A stretch of 63,927 nt of DNA, the filler included, from Octopus bimaculoides (Eukaryota), in assembly GCF_001194135.2 (NCBI RefSeq). It is 5 parts of 5 records of this genome, joined end to end, with 100 filler letters (N's around TTAATTAATTAA, not from the genome) between each part and the next. Parts side by side here need not be neighbours in the genome. Positions count along the whole stretch, not along the records: positions 62,914 to 63,927 come from NC_068982.1; 4 more parts are not named here. One strand, 5' to 3'. The first letter of the stretch is position 1. Each line of letters begins with the position of its first letter. Below the pieces are notes generated by a model. The model did not search any database and was not told the DNA's origin. It was given only the letters and a program-made list of their open reading frames with translations. The position numbers and the translations under genes were made by a program. Positions 63,897 to 63,927 of the stretch are shown here, one piece after another.

Positions 63897-63927
<31 letters not shown>

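Overview
Animal nuclear DNA, most likely an Octopus genome scaffold (inferred from the SINE, microsatellite and repeat content, not from a database hit). It is AT-rich, heavily gapped and dominated by microsatellites, several tRNA-derived SINE families and decayed transposons: Penelope-like elements (PLEs) of about three types, RLE-endonuclease non-LTR retrotransposons (R4/Dong-like), mariner, hAT and a Chapaev3-like fragment. One host gene is supported, on the minus strand at about 18.5-19.9 kb, with a possible further exon at 28.7 kb. Its phase-consistent exons encode a single-pass membrane mucin-like protein with a CxCxC/helical/TM C-terminus. The most striking unannotated signal is a set of minimal type I hammerhead ribozyme motifs from at least three sequence families. 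All have palindromic helix III and sit in PLE-type terminal repeats. One lies about 100 nt downstream of a tRNA-like Pol III head inside an inverted-repeat cassette (53.45-53.82 kb), resembling a SINE/retrozyme hybrid. Most ORFs in the supplied track are microsatellite or N-run artefacts. Element boundaries were read by eye and are approximate unless splice or motif positions are given.
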